From the human T2T-CHM13v2.0 reference genome, Homo sapiens, in assembly GCF_009914755.1 (NCBI RefSeq), contig NC_060933.1: DNA of 64,000 nt; one strand, 5' to 3'. The translations under genes were made by a program, and so were the position numbers. Position 1 is the first letter of the stretch. Each line of letters begins with the position of its first letter. The notes below the pieces were generated by a model. It searched no databases, was not told where the DNA came from, and worked only from the letters and a program-made list of their open reading frames with translations. Below are positions 26,054-39,500 of this stretch, piece after piece.

Positions 26054-28972
26054 ATTTACATCTCCAGTTGTCAACAGGTCTAACACATTACCACCACCAC
26101 TAGAAGTGGTGCGTTTTAATGCATTTTATTTGGCTTATGTACTATCTTTATTTGCTGACGATCAACTCCCCCAAATAAAGCTATTTGGATATCTTTCTTG
26201 TTATCCATTCTTTCAGACATATTGGCTTACCCAGGTGATTAGAGTGCAGGGTAACTGCCTTAAGAAGCTACAGTGGCATTGATACTTACACATATCCAGG
26301 CCAACTAATAGGTGTGACCATTTCTTTGTTTTATGCTCTAGTGTAGAGCTTGACTCCACCTTACTTTCCGGCTGCCATCCAGTTAACATACCCACAGGAT
26401 TCTTAGACTAGGCATACATCATTGTATATATTCTGCCTAAAAGTTTGTAAAATCTAGTGGTGGCATTTAGCTCTTTTGGCAATAAAAACTATATGTGAGA
26501 ATTTCGTGGCCTTGACTGAGCTGTGTATGGCCTCACTCTTCAATTCTGTTGTCAGCCTATGTTCCACAATCATTTGTGTGTGTGGACCTCAAGAATTTCA
26601 GTCAACCCGGCAACACATGCAGTGCCCCTTCCGGGAACACTGGTGATCTTCTGGTCTCTTGGTTTGGAGTTAATTAAACATTGTCGGGAGAATTCCTTCA
26701 TTTCCTTCTGGAGTCCTTTTTGGGCATACAAAAATCTAGCACTTGAAGCCACTTAATCAAATATCATATCCACACACCTGCAGTTCTTTCTCTGTGTCCA
26801 CAAACATGGTTTTACACTTGGATGATGTAGTTAGGCTCAACTCCATTTGTAGTGAGAAACATTTGAAGCTTGTCCCCACTCAACAATGATGATGCACTTA
26901 GGCTTACCTTCGTAATATGGGTAAATGTCTCAGGTTAGCCAAATGTACCTAGGGTCAGAGGGCATATGCTCTGATATGGAATTTTGGAGGTCATTCCCTG
27001 CCTTTGTCCTCTGCTCTAAGGCTCATGTCACTCGCATCATGCTGTGACATGAAACAATATTGCATCGTAGGGAGTGCATAGTAGACTATGTTGTTCAATT
27101 ATCATGAGATTACCACATACTCTTGCCTGGAATCTTGCCAGCAATAGTGAACAAAGAGATGACCCAAGCAACTTTCTCACTTTTATTCTTGAAGACTAAA
27201 TGGCATCCTTAAAATCTGATGGTTTTCTTTGTACCTTTCTGGTTGAGTAAAGAATAAGATAGTCTTTTTCTTTTTTGGAAAAATCGTATGGCTAGTACAG
27301 GAAATCAAGGAGATTTTTAGCTAATTTAGTAAAAAAGTCAGAGGTGGAACAGAAAATACACCGGCTGAAAAAGGAGATGATTGATTTCTAGGAAATGGGA
27401 GATTGTTTGGTATATTTACAGTAATGAAGAAGAGTTCTTCCTGGAACAAAAGTACTGAATAAATAACAACAAGAGACAAAAAAGAAAAATGCATTTCCCT
27501 GGTACACAAACCTTGAAGCTCATGCTTTTTGCCATTAGGAATTCTGAACATGTCTTGAATTCTTAGACTTTCTTGATTTTTAAAATCTAATATTTAATTC
27601 CAAAATAATTTTTATTCATGTCTGCGTTTTCTTTGTTTTCCCCCTGAGTTATCTGTGTCCTCTGAAAGTTTAAAAACAAGTGATTTTTTTTTCTCATCTT
27701 GTTGGCGGAGACATACAATAGGCTGCCTCTCCCCTTCTCTGTGGAAAGAATGGAAACATAGTAAGTGGCCAGAGGAGCTCCATACGGATTGACATTCCTT
27801 GCTTCTGCTTTTGAAGTTAAGATGGTCACGAGAGAGAAAAATATTTTTGGTTCCAAGCCTAAGAAAAGGACATTCCTTTTAGTCTTGGCATTCTTGTTTT
27901 CATGGTGTTGATTTCTCTTTGAATTATCATTAGTACCATTAATAAATCACATCTGAACGTGAAATCACTTTTGCAAGTTCTTCCCCTCTCCACACCCTTG
28001 ATTATAGAAAAGGTGACGTTTCTTGATATTTATCTGAAGTAGCTTAGAGTATGTTTTCCTGGCTTTTTGTTCCCCCCTCTGGATGGGTTCCCATTGTTGA
28101 TCAAGCATATTCAAGAGAGTTTTTTCCCAAGAGTCCTGAGAGACCCATCCATGCATTCTATTCTGTTAAACAAGGAAAATAATAATAATAATGTTTAGCT
28201 TTCACCTTGCTTTAGAGAGAGAAATCTCAGAAGAACCATTTTCCTTTCAGGAGGATTGGGGTTCTTAGGTTAAATTCCATATTATACAAATTCCCTAATG
28301 ACAAATAACCTATGCAATCAACAATCTTTCTTTTAAATGTATTTCTCTATTGAAAGAGCAGGGGATTCCATTTGAGGCTGTTGATTAAGACATGAAGACT
28401 AGGTCTAAAATTGGTGGTGGCCCAAGGTCATTGGTAGAACTAATGGACCATTTGAAAATTATTAGCAGCTGGTTTAATAGAGTTTTAATAACTACAGCTG
28501 TGAGAAAATCCAAGTACAAGGTATTTGGAATGTTCCCTCTGAGGTCCTTTCCTTTTGTTCTATAATAATCCTGGCATCCATTTAACGAAAGTGCAACTCA
28601 GAAGATTAGGTAGCTATATACGTAAGCATATCATGCAGGCTTTATTTGCTTTAGGTTTTTACCATTAAAAATATTTTTAGGCATCATCAAACTTGTCACA
28701 CAACCTGCACATCCCCATGCCCCACTCAATAACACCACAATCTCAGGGTCTCACAGTGTTGGAGAATTTCCATGGCTCATCTAAGAGTTCTTCTCACTTA
28801 ACATTTTTTATTGAAAATTTTTACCGTATCTAAGGATTTGTGGGGTTCAATTTGCCAAACTCCAAGGCAGTGGAAAAGAAGACAACTGCATCAAGTCAGT
28901 TTCTGGTTTTATATAGTTTAACAGAAGAATAATTTGCTTAGATCTTCGCCTTCATATTTGGAGGCATATACT

Positions 28973-29022
28973 CACACACACACACATGCACACACACACG
29001 CACACACACACACACACACACA
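28973..29022. repeat. (CA)n microsatellite, interrupted
   Basis: Directly visible. Confidence 0.93.
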
Positions 29023-29409
29023 TGTTATGCATAGATGAATAATATTTAGTCTGCAAAGAAATAGGCCTGTTTCCTCCGTCATCTGTACCTTGCTAACCCA
29101 GAGACTTGACATGGAGGAGGAATGCAGAGAGCCTTTCACCCTTAATGGATTCCACAGCTGTGAGTCACCCTGGCCCCAGGCTTCTCGCCTTTGCCTCATC
29201 CCATTCCTGCTCTCACAGTCAGAGGTCTGGATCTCCAGTTACTGACTTTGGAACTAGGGGGAAGATGACACAGGTGACATAAAACAAGAGCCCCCTTCTA
29301 TATCTCAGAGCAAATTCCTGAAATATACTACCAAAACATAAAAGTGTGGACGTCAACTTTAGACAAATCCTTGCCTTACATTGATTTGCAGAGCTCTTTA
29401 GAAATCAGA

Positions 29410-29585
29410 CCATGGCTTTCAGTATACATTATATAAATGTGTTCTTCACAACACGATGCCAAGAAGCAGATGTGCTCTCTGAGACCCACAGAGGTCAAGC
29501 AACTTCCCCAAAATCATAGCTGGTTGATTGCCAGGACAGAGACCCAAACCTTGTCTTCTGACCAGCCCTTTCCAGTACACCATGG
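29410..29585 (-). mobile_element. MIR fragment
   Basis: ctgagacccacagaggtcaagcaacttccccaaaatcatagc...ccctttccagtacacca. Confidence 0.6.
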
Positions 29586-30009
29586 ATGACTCACCCACAA
29601 ATGACAAATGCTTTGTAGTCTTTTAAAGGAAGTTGGGGATATTCAGGGGACATCCTCTAACCTTGTGAGAATGTATCATCATGGAAGGAAATCACCATCC
29701 TTTTCATAGAGTAGTCCTTGGAGTCAGTTGCTGAGATGGCTTGCTATGGCTTTTGCAGGATGGATTTTAGTGATGATAAAGGACATGGTAAATATTTGGT
29801 AATATAACAAATGCCCATGGAACTTGTAAACAGTACTATCATAATTGTTTCCATTTGTCTTAACCGCACTCGAAGCGATATCTCCTAACTCATCCCCAAA
29901 CTAATATGTCGAAAGCAACAGGCTCTGATGGAGAGGGAAAGGGGTAATGCTAACAGTACTCAGGAGACGGCAGGAACTATATTTTCTAAGAGTCAGATTC
30001 CCTGCTATT

Positions 30010-30190
30010 TCTGTTGTCTCATTTAATCCTCACTATATTGTTGTGCAGTGGATGTAATTTTATTGTTATTTCTATTTAGCATATGAGAAAACAGAGGCTT
30101 TAGACAGGTTAAGTAACTTGCACACTTGTACTACGTGGTAGGTGTCAAAAAACTGGGATGTGAACGCAGGTCAGTTGCGCTCTATGCATT
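30010..30190 (-). mobile_element. MIR fragment
   Basis: tctcatttaatcctcac...atgagaaaacagaggctttagacaggttaagtaacttgc. Confidence 0.75.
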
Positions 30191-30299
30191 GTGAAGTGCT
30201 GCCTACAAACCTCTTTGAGATTATTGAGAAATGTGATCCTGACATTTCTGGAGGACTAGAGAAGTCCATGAAAATATATGGCTAGGAATTACTGGCAAC

Positions 30300-30512
30300 A
30301 GACTATGTGCAAACTGACTTTTAGTATTTCCTCATTTAATCCTTGTTATAATCCTATGAAATAGTACCATCTTTACACTTTCTACAGTGAGGAAATGGAA
30401 GCAGAGAGAGGTTATACAACTTGCCAAGCAAGATCTGACCATTGTTAATTGATAAAGACTGGATTTAAACCGGTAGGTGGGCTGCAAGCCCATGCTCCTC
30501 ACTGCCATACTG
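30300..30512 (-). mobile_element. MIR fragment
   Basis: ctcatttaatcct...cctatgaaatagtac...tgaggaaatggaagcagagagaggttatacaacttgccaag. Confidence 0.75.
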
Positions 30513-30948
30513 GGTGCTGCTAGGCCGAGGTTCAAAACAACCCTTGTTGGCTGAAGGTTTTTTTGAGCTGGCTCAGCTCTGGGGTTGGTGCATTCTGTAA
30601 ATGATCAGTTTGACAGTGTAGGTAGTAGAGACATGCTGCTTTAAGAAAGAACTTTGTATCTCTATTACAGAGAGAAGATATAAAGATATTAGTTCAGTCT
30701 TCCATAACACGATATAACAGACTTTTCATTTTTATGCGGGAGGGATCTCTAACTCTTTAGTCTTTATCTTAAGGAAAATGTAAAGGTATTACAGGGTTGT
30801 AAGCATGACAACAGATGTGATTAGATTAGCTTTTTAAATCTCTCACTCCAGATGTTCAGCTGCATTAGGTAACTACCTCAAGGTGAGTACCAATGAAAAC
30901 TCTTAAATAAGTACTTTGTTCAAAGGAATCCTTCAAGGTTTTCTAGGT

Positions 30949-31299
30949 CTGTGCTGTCCAGTGTGGTAGCCCTGAGCCACAGGTGGCTGTTGAGCACTTG
31001 AAACAGTGAAACAGCCCTTGAAACAGTGCCTGATCCAAATGGATATGGTGCTGTAAGTCTAAAATAAACTGAATTTTGAAGCTTATTAGAAAAAAAGGAT
31101 GAAATATCTCATTAGTAAGTTTTATATTGATAAATATTGTAAGTTTTCTATTGATAAATATAAAAATATTAAGATAATATTTTTGGATATATTAGGCTAT
31201 GTGGACTGTGTTATTGAAGTTAACTACACTTGTTTCTAGCTGCTAGAAAATTTAAAATTACATACATGGCTGGCATGATTTTTTAATCTGACGCTGCTG
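30949..31299 (-). mobile_element. MER33-type hAT-Charlie DNA transposon fossil
   Basis: ctgtgctgtccagtgtggtagccctgagccacaggtggctgttgagcacttgaaa...ctagaaaatttaaaattacat...gctg. 8-bp hAT-type TSD TTCTAGGT (30941-30948) / GTCTAGGT (31300-31307). Confidence 0.85.
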
Positions 31300-31689
31300 G
31301 TCTAGGTAATTTCCTTGCTCTCTAGTTAAATAGGAAATTTATGGGAATACCATTAGCATAGGTTGATGCACTGCTTCTGAGTACCCTTTGTTTAAACTAT
31401 TCCAACCTAAGGTCTGTTGCTTCTTGGATAATATTCCATACCTTTATTGGCACTGTTCTTTTAAAATTCAGTTAAAAGTATCATTTTCCATTTATTACCA
31501 AAGAGTAGACTGTTCTTGACATATGTTAGAAAAAATTGAGCTTAGACCACAGCTCATTAGTTAACTCTGGATGGGTCAGAAAGTGGTGACCTGGTTATTA
31601 GACAGAGTGCACCAAGCATTAGCTTCTGCCCGTGCTCCCTTCTAAATATCATGTAGGCTTGACCCCTCCTCTTCATCCCCAGTGCGTCG

Positions 31690-32615
31690 TCTGGCCCAGG
31701 CTTCCTTTATCTCTTCCCTGGACCATCTCAGCAGCTGCTTAGCAGCCTGTTTCCCACCATCCTCTTCACCTCTAGGAGTCCCTCATGATGCTAGCAAAAT
31801 AATCTTGATAGGGCACAGCTTTCGTTATATCACATTGCCCTGATTAAGGATGATAAGAGATCCCTGTTTCTGTCCGAATGAAGGGAGGGAGGGAAGGCTC
31901 TGACATTTGAAACTGGATAGATCTTACGTTATTTAATCCCTATGAAATGGATATTTTTTAGTCCCATTATACAGGTCAGGAAGTTGGAGGTCCTGTTGTC
32001 TTTCTTTGCTAAAACCTATGTTAGTTCTAGTGACCTGTGCTGATTGCTAGCTTTCAAGAACATTCATGGAAACAAAAACTTGGAACTCCTGTAATGCCAT
32101 CTTTTTGGGGGTGGGAATATGTATTGGGTTCTTCTTTCTTACATATGTTCATGGAATTATTCATAGACAAACCATTCAGTCTGGTTATGATGTTCACCTC
32201 CCCTCTACATCCTGGTTTTATTTACTTATGAGAAGAAATGCAATGCAAAAAAAACAAGAACATTCATTATCTAACCCGCCCTTTCTAGCCTTAAATCATG
32301 TCCTTTTCTTTCCCAATGGTCTAATCATAACTGCCCTCTCCATCTCTTTACTTGGAAACTGTACCATAACAATCTATGCCTTATTATAGAGTGTTTGGAA
32401 TTCTTCATTGTCTGATTTTTTTAATGTTAGTCTCATCCCAACTATATTTTTAACTTCCATGAGAAAGAACATGCCTTATACCAGCCTTCTGTCCCCCTCA
32501 TTGTTTTTGTTTTTCTCTCACGTCTAGAACCATACTAGCTACGTAGTAGGCACTCAAATGTTTAGTTAGTGGATGGTGCTGGCATGTGGCAGCTGGTCAA
32601 TAAATATTTGTTTTT
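31690..32615 (+). mobile_element. Scattered L2 fragments (highly decayed)
   Basis: L2-like 3' ends agtaggcactcaaatg and gctggcatgtggcagctggtcaataaatatttg; ctggcccaggcttcc...ccctggacca upstream. Boundaries are uncertain. Confidence 0.45.
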
Positions 32616-34672
32616 GGCTCAATCGAAAATGATTTTTTTAAAAAATGAGGGCAGAGAGCTTCAGATCAATGATTCCCTCTTCACCAGTCTAGATGTGAGG
32701 TAGAGTGGACCTTAGCAATGACAGGACACTTCTAAGCCAGACTCAACCTCATGGCGTCTCAGATTTCCCACCTAATCTCGGTTGCAGGATGAGGTGGTCA
32801 TGGCTAGTAGTCCATATAGCTCCAGAAGGTAATGGGTTATATTGCTTCTAATATTTCCTGGAGTGACATTTAAGATGTTTATTTGTGTTTGGGGGATAGA
32901 AGGTAAAGTATATAATCCCCTGAGGACAGAACCTGTGTCCTCCTTAGGGCCTCCTAGAACGAAATTGAACATTAGATCAGTGAGGTCGACTGATTGATGA
33001 AATATTTTGTTCAAATATGTGTTTCTGCTAAACCTTGCTGTCTCTTGTATAGGATACACCTGCTCCTGTCTGAAGTTTATGAAGACAGATCACAAGGCAT
33101 TGACATTTGGTCCACTTGCTAATAGGCAGTTAATGTTCTGTGGTCAGTCTTGGCTGTGCCTCTTTTCTTCACGTGCCAACATTATTTTGTGGATTCATAT
33201 TAAGTATTTAAACACCAAAGTGATCACACACCCACACATTCCCTAAAATGTGGGCTGACTTGTTGGCCAACCATTCATGAACCTGGGGATTTTTTGAGAG
33301 AAACTATTTAATTTGTTTTCTGATTTCTCTGAAAACATTTAAACAAACAGACAAAAATTCCAACTTGTGAAACCCACATACTAATAAAAATCACACAAAC
33401 ATTATAGAAGTTGGAATTCAGAAAAAGTAAAACTTCTTTTCAACCTCCCTTTCAGAGAAAACTTCACCAGTAAAAGTTTAGGGTATATGGCTTCTGGTCA
33501 TTTTTCTATATTTATATATTTGCATCATATTATTATTATCAGTATTTGAGTAGAAACAGATTATGTATTATGTTTTGCAACTTATTTTTTCACTTAACTA
33601 TAAACATGAAAGAACACTTCCCCTAAGAATTCCCTTAGTACAGGTTTTGGTATGCAGGAAAAAGAACTAGATGCCTGGGGTTCTTAGCTTTGGTGACAAG
33701 ATAACTTTGTCTACACTGTTGAACTTTTGCCATCAGTGACCTCATTCTACTTTAATATGTCGATCTTTGAAGACTTACTTTTTTTTTTTAGTAATTCCAT
33801 GGAAATAAACTATTTGGAGACCAGTTCTTTTCAGTTGTGATGCTTCTCATCCCCTAAATACACCAGTCTTCTGGAATGTAGTAATGTTTTATGAGTAAAA
33901 ATTATGTTTTGTAAGGGCACTCCTCTTTGTCTGAAGTTCATTGCCAGAGGCAGGGACAGAATAAGGAGCACAGTAATATAATATGCACAAGGATATGAGA
34001 AAAGGAAGACAAAGGTAGAAGTATCCTTAAGTTTGAAAATGCCAGATCTGCTAGACAGTCTTAAGACAAGGATGGCATTGAGATTAGGGAAGGAGAATAG
34101 AGAGGGAAAGAGGCCAGCAGCAGGGCCCTGCTGATCCATGGATTCGCCTCCAGCCACAAGCCAGTCCCTAGCTCATGGCCATATGGGACTGAGGCTAAAG
34201 CCGTGCTCTAATTCTGATCCTCAGCTTCTCCACCAGCCCTCTCCCTCCCCCTACAAACATACAGCCTTGCAGTTCCTCAGCATTAGCAAATGTGTAATTC
34301 CTTATTTCGTCAGTGCTAAGTTGCACTTTTCCCCACATTTATACATTTCTCAAAAGGGATGCATGTTATCATCAGTTTATATTTAATGTGCATGGAGTCC
34401 TCTCTTGAAACTTTGTTATTAAACTAAGTCTTATAATAACATTTGGAGGAAGAACTCCAAATAGAGGAAGAACAATGTATGGGTTCTGGACTCTGCCTGG
34501 AGATGGGTTTGAACAGAACAGAACACAGTCCCTGCTTTCAAGAAACTCACAATGCGCTGTGGGGAAAGAGACAACTAAGTGGATGGTGCTGTGTGAAAAT
34601 GTTTGGGAGATTCAGGGGTCCCTAGGAAGGGTCTACCCCAGCCTTGAGGTGCCAGGAAAGGCCTTCTAGAGA

Positions 34673-34921
34673 AAGTGGTACTCAATTGGGTATGATTTTG
34701 TGCTAACCCTTCTGGAGGTGGAGGGGGGGTCATTTGGTAGTGTCTCCAGAGAGACAGTTGAAGCACTGTTGGTTGTCACTACTGGGGATGAGGGAAGATG
34801 CTACCAGCATCTAGTGGGGATGTCAGGGATACTGCTAAATATCCTACAATGCCCAGGACAGCCTCTCACAATAATTATCAGGCTTCAAATGGGAATAGCA
34901 CCCCGAGTTTGAGAAACCCTC
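34673..34921 (+). mobile_element. MER20 hAT-Charlie MITE
   Basis: agtggtactcaa...tgattttg...ttggttgtcactactgggg...gcatctagtgggga...ctgctaaatatcctacaatgcccaggacagcc...ttgagaaaccct. Confidence 0.85.
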
Positions 34922-35224
34922 CTGTAAGTTGAGATTGAGGGATGAATACAAATTGGTGGTGCTGGGGGAGGAGGTCAGGGTGGAGAGAGTCATAGGTGTC
35001 CAGGAAAGGGAGTTATTTGGAGGAAGAGTTTGCCATGATGGAGAATGGTACAGAAACAATGGTTTTGTATGGTTTAGAAGCAAAAGTATCCTATTATTGC
35101 TCCTAAGAAGGTTGTTGCTGACCATGATGAATTTGGTTTAGCAGAATCAGAGTTACAAAAGCCAGATGTAGAAGACTGAAGGAGAAGTAAGGAACATGAA
35201 AGCAGTTTGTGAAAAGGAGGAATT

Positions 35225-35445
35225 AATGATAACAATGGCAATTGTAGTTAAGTTTTTGTATATGCCAGAAACTATGCCAAATGCTTTATGTTCCTTATCC
35301 AGATTATTCTACACAACCCTGTGATATATGGATTACTTGGTATGGATGAGGAAACAGAGGTTTGGAGAATTTAAATAGTTTGTCAAGGATTCATGTAGCT
35401 AATAAATCATAGAGTCGGGATTCAACCTCAGGCCTCTTTGACTCT
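35225..35445 (-). mobile_element. MIR SINE
   Basis: tatatgccagaaactatgccaaatgcttta...caaccctgtga...gatgaggaaacagaggtttggaga...agagtcgggattcaacctcagg. Confidence 0.78.
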
Positions 35446-35489
35446 TACCTATAATTTCCCTAGAGAAGAAGTTAGGCCAGAGGGACATG

Positions 35490-35572
35490 GAGAGAGAGAG
35501 AGAGAGAGAGAATGTGTGTGTATGTGTGTGTGTGTGGGGGGGGGGGGGTGTGTGTGCATGCATGCATGTGTG
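35490..35572. repeat. Compound microsatellite (GA)n-(TG)n-G13-(TG)n-(TGCA)n
   Basis: Directly visible. Confidence 0.9.
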
Positions 35573-36117
35573 TTTTCTCCCCTAGATGGGTGAGAGTTTA
35601 AGGTGGGGATGACTTAGCTAGTAGTCAAAGATAAATTGAAAATGCAGAAAGGATAACTATCAGACCATCTCGCAGATGAGGCAGTGAGGACTGACTCAAG
35701 AGCTCAAGTTAAGGAATCAGCCTTAGATGATGGGACATGGGAGCGCCACTTCCATTGTGGCACGAGGATAAGAGAGAAAAGATAGGTGTCTGTGCAGATG
35801 AGGAAGGGAAACCCTGAGAGAAAATGGAATCCTCCTCCTCTTCTCAGTTAGACACAGTGAGCAATGGGAGACAGACTTAACTATGTGAACATCAGATTAC
35901 TGGGTGGAGTTGAGACCATGAATTTGCAGGGACACCAATCTGAGGATATGCAAAAAGAATTTGGGAGAAAACACTCATTTAAGATTGTTCCAGAGTTGAC
36001 ATTTTTTTCAGATGGTTATGTGGGAAAGGCAAAGGACTGGGTTGCATAACAACAGCTCATTCTCAGGTTTCCCTCCACCTGCTTAAATTCCTTTAGGAGG
36101 AGATAGTGTGGCTTTTC

Positions 36118-36499
36118 TTTTTTTTTAATTTTAATTTTATTTAATTGTTTTACTTTTCCATAAGTTATTGGGGTACAGGTGGCATTTGGTTACATGAGTA
36201 AGTTCTTTAGTGGTGACGTGTGACATTTTGGTGCACCCATCACCCACATATACACTGCACCATATTTGTAGTCTTTTATCTCTTGCCCCCCTCCCACTCT
36301 TCCCCCCAAGTCCCCAAAGTCCATTGTATTGTTTTTATGCCTTTGTGTCTTCATAGCTTAGCTCCCAAATATCAGTGAGAACATACGATGTTTGGTTTTC
36401 CATTCCTGAGTTAATCACTTAGAATAATAGTCTCCAGTCTTATCCAGGTCACTGCAAATGCTGTTAATTCATTCCTTTTTATGGCTGCATAGTATTCCA

Positions 36500-36549
<50 letters not shown>

Positions 36550-39500
36550 CTCACAGTTTTTTAATCCACTCGTTGATTGATGGGCATCTGGGTTGGTTCC
36601 AAGATTTTGCAATTGTGAATTGTGCTGCTATAAACATGGGTGTGCAAGTATCTTTTTCGAATAATGACTTCATTTCCTCTGGGTAGATACCCAGTAGTGG
36701 GATTGCTGGATCAAATGGTAGTTCTACTTTTAGCTCTTTAAGGATCTCCACACTGTTACACTGTTTTCCACAGTGGTTGTACTAGTTTAGTTCCCACCAG
36801 CAGTGTAGAAGTGTTCTCTGTTCACCGCATCCATGCCAACATCTACTGTTTTTTGATTTTTTGATTATGGCCATTCTTGCAGGAGTAAGATGGCATTGCA
36901 TTGTGGTTTTAATTTGCATTTCCCTGATCATTAGTGATGTTGAGCATTTTTTCATGTTTGTTGGCCATTTGTATCTCTTCTTTTGAGAATTGGCTATTCA
37001 TGTCCTTCACCTACTTTTTGATGGGATTGTTGTTTTCTTACTGATTTGTTTGAATTTGTTGTAGTTTCTGGATATTAGTCTTTTGCCAGATGTATAGATT
37101 GTGGATGATTTTTCTCCTACTCTGTGGGTTGTCTGTTTACTTTGCTGACTCTTCCTTTTGCTGTGCAAAAGCTCTTTACTTTAATTAGGTCCCAGCGATT
37201 TATCTTTGTTTGTATTGCACTTCCTTTTGGCTTCTTGGTCATGAAATCTTTGCATAAGCCAATGTCTAGAAGGATTTTTCCAATGTTATCTTCTAAAATT
37301 TTTATAGTTTCAGGTCTTAGATTTAAGTCTTTAATCCATCTTGAGTTGATTTTTGTATAAAGTAAGAGATGATCCAGTTTCATTCTCCTACAAGTGGCTA
37401 ACCAGTTATCCCAGTAATTGGCTAATTGGATAATTTCAACAAATTTCAACCATTTGTTGAAAAGGATGTTCTTTCCCCACTTTATGTTTTTGTTTGCTTT
37501 GTTGAAGATCAGTTGGCTGTAAGTATTTGGGATTATTTCTGGGTTCTCTATTCTCTTCCACTGGTATACGTGCCTATTTTTATACCAGTACCATGCTGTT
37601 TTGGTGACTATGCCCTTACAGTATAGTTTGAAATCAGGTAGTGTGATGCCTCTAGATTTGTTCTTTTGCTTAGTCTTCCTTTGGCTATGTGGGCTATTTT
37701 TTGGTTCCATATGAATTTTAGAATTGTTTTTTCTAATTCTGTGAAGAATGATGGTGGTATTCTGACGGAGATTGCATTGAATTTGTACATTGCTTTTGGC
37801 AGTATGGTCATTTTCACAATATTGATTCTACCCATCCATGAGCATGGGATGTGTTTCCTTTTGTTTGTGTCATCTATAATTTCTTTCAGCAATGTTTTCT
37901 AGTTTTCCTTGTAGGGGTGTTTTGCCTCCTTGGTTAGGTATATTCCTAAGTACTTATTTTATTTTTTGCAGCTATTGTAAAAGGGGTTGAGTTCTTGATT
38001 TGATTCTCTGCTTGGCTGCTGTTGGTGTCCAGAAGAGCTAATTTGTGTACATTAATGCTGTATCTAGAAACTTTGCTGAATTCTTTTATCAGTTCTAGGA
38101 GATTTCTGGAGGAGTTCTTAGGGTTTTCAAGGTAAACAATCCTATTGTCAGCAAACAAACAGTGACAGTTTGGCTTCCTCTTTACCGATTTGGATGCCTT
38201 TTATTTCTTTCTATTGTCTGATTGCTCTCGCTAGAACTTTCAACACTGTGTTGAAGTGGAGTGGTGAGAGTGGACATCCTTGTCTTGTTCCAGTTCTCAG
38301 AGGGAGAGCTTTCAACTTTCCCCATTCAGTATTATGCTGGCTGTGGGTTTGTCATAGATGGCTTTTATTACATTAAGGTATGTCTCTCGTATGCTGATTT
38401 TGCCAAGCGTTTTAATCATAAAGGGATGCTGGATTTTGTCGAATGCTTTTTCTGCCTCTATTGAGATGATCATGTGATTTTTTATTTTTAATTCTGTTTA
38501 TGTGGTGTATCACATTTATTGACTCATGTATGTTAAACCATCCCTGCATCCCTGGTATGAAACCCACTTGATCATGGTGGATTATCTTTTTGATATGTTG
38601 TTGAATTTGGTTAGCTAGTATTTTGTTAAGGATTTTAGCATCTATATTCATCAAGGATATTGGTCTGTAGTTTTCTTCTGTGGTTATGTCGTTTCCTGGT
38701 TTTGGTATTAGAGTGCTGCTGGATTCATAGAATGAATTAGGGAGGGTTCTCTCTCTCTCTCTGTCTTGTGGAATAGTGTCAAAAGGACTGGTACAAATTC
38801 TTTTTTGAATGTCTCGTAGAATTCTGCTGTGAATCCATCTGGTCCTGGACTTTTTTTGTTGGTAATTTTTTAATTTATCATTTCAATCTCACTGCTTGTT
38901 ATTGGTCTGTTCAGGGTACCTAATTCTTCCTGATTTAAGCTGGGAGGGTTGTATTTTTCCAGGAATTTATCCATCTCTCCTAGGTTTTCTAGTTTATGTG
39001 CATAAAGATGTTCATAGTAACCTTGAATGATCTTTTTGTATTTCTGTGGTATCAGATGTAATATCACCTGTTTTGTTTCTTAGTGAGGTTATTTGGATTT
39101 TCTCTCTTCTTTTCTTGGTTAATTTTGCTAATGGTCTATCAATTTTATTTATCTTCTCAAAGAACCAGCTTTTGTTTCATTTATCTTTTGTGTTTTTTTT
39201 GTTTGTTTGTTTGAATTTCATTTAGTTTTGCCCTGATCTTGGTTATTTCCTCCCTTCTGCTGGGTTTGGGTTTGGTTTATTCTTATTTATCTGTTTCCTT
39301 GAGGTGTGACCTTAGATTGTCTGTTTGTGCCCTTTCAGACTTTTTGATGTAGATGTAGGCATTTAGAGCTATGAATTTTCCTCTTAGCACCACCTTTGCT
39401 TTGTCCCAGAGGTTTTGATAGGTTGTGTCATTAAGTTCGAAGAATTTTTAAATTTCCATCTTGATGTCATTTTTGACCCAATGTTCATTCAGGACCAGAT

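Noticed and set aside
27520-27537. TCATGCTTTTTGCCATTA resembles one arm of MADE1/miR-548-family hairpins, as I recall them
   Set aside because: Only ~18 nt with no complementary arm nearby, so no hairpin and no miRNA gene can be supported here.
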